From: a virus
Strand: one strand, 5' to 3'
Length of the DNA stretch: 32,166 nucleotides
IMG/VR virus record: IMGVR_UViG_3300021963_000428
Span: 1-32,166 of that record
Below the pieces are notes generated by a model, which did not search any database, had not been told where the DNA came from, and worked only from the letters and a program-made list of their open reading frames with translations. Positions 32,049 to 32,166 of the stretch are shown here, piece after piece (the first letter of the stretch is position 1; each line of letters opens with the position of its first letter). Position numbers and translations under genes: made by a program.

Positions 32049-32166
32049 ATTTTAATTCTCAAATACTTGATCAAAAATTGTACTAAACTCAATGATAGAA
32101 CCATCGAGTTGAACTTCATTACACATTCTTTCAATTAACTTTTTAGATGTACTTGTTGCATAGATT

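Overview
The window is part of a low-GC, T7-supergroup-like podovirus genome. Essentially all coding is on the minus strand, so transcription runs from high to low coordinates. In transcription order it holds: small early ORFs; a single-subunit RNA polymerase; SSB; small conserved phage genes (deoxyribosyltransferase-like, DUF3310-like); family A DNA polymerase; an NTase-fold protein; dCMP deaminase; 5'-3' exonuclease; a GIY-YIG protein; primase-helicase; a class I ribonucleotide reductase (NrdA carries an embedded glutaredoxin domain, NrdB); ClpP; a block of small accessory genes (LigA-Ia-like ORF, Cys-rich 449-aa protein, M20-type peptidase, metallophosphatase); a SleB-like hydrolase; terminase subunits; tRNAs; a SET-domain protein; spanin-like genes; and a GH19-like endolysin cut by the window start. 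No portal, capsid or tail genes were recognised here. The strongest unlisted signals are a three-copy minus-strand motif (ACYACCAGGKGACGCTAAAG-like) closely resembling the SP6 RNA polymerase promoter, several intrinsic terminators that delimit short transcription units, a cluster of overlapping micro-ORFs encoding membrane peptides just upstream of the RNA polymerase, two structurally atypical tRNAs, and an apparent E-to-Q change at the family A polymerase steric-gate position. All assignments come from reading motifs; no database search was run.
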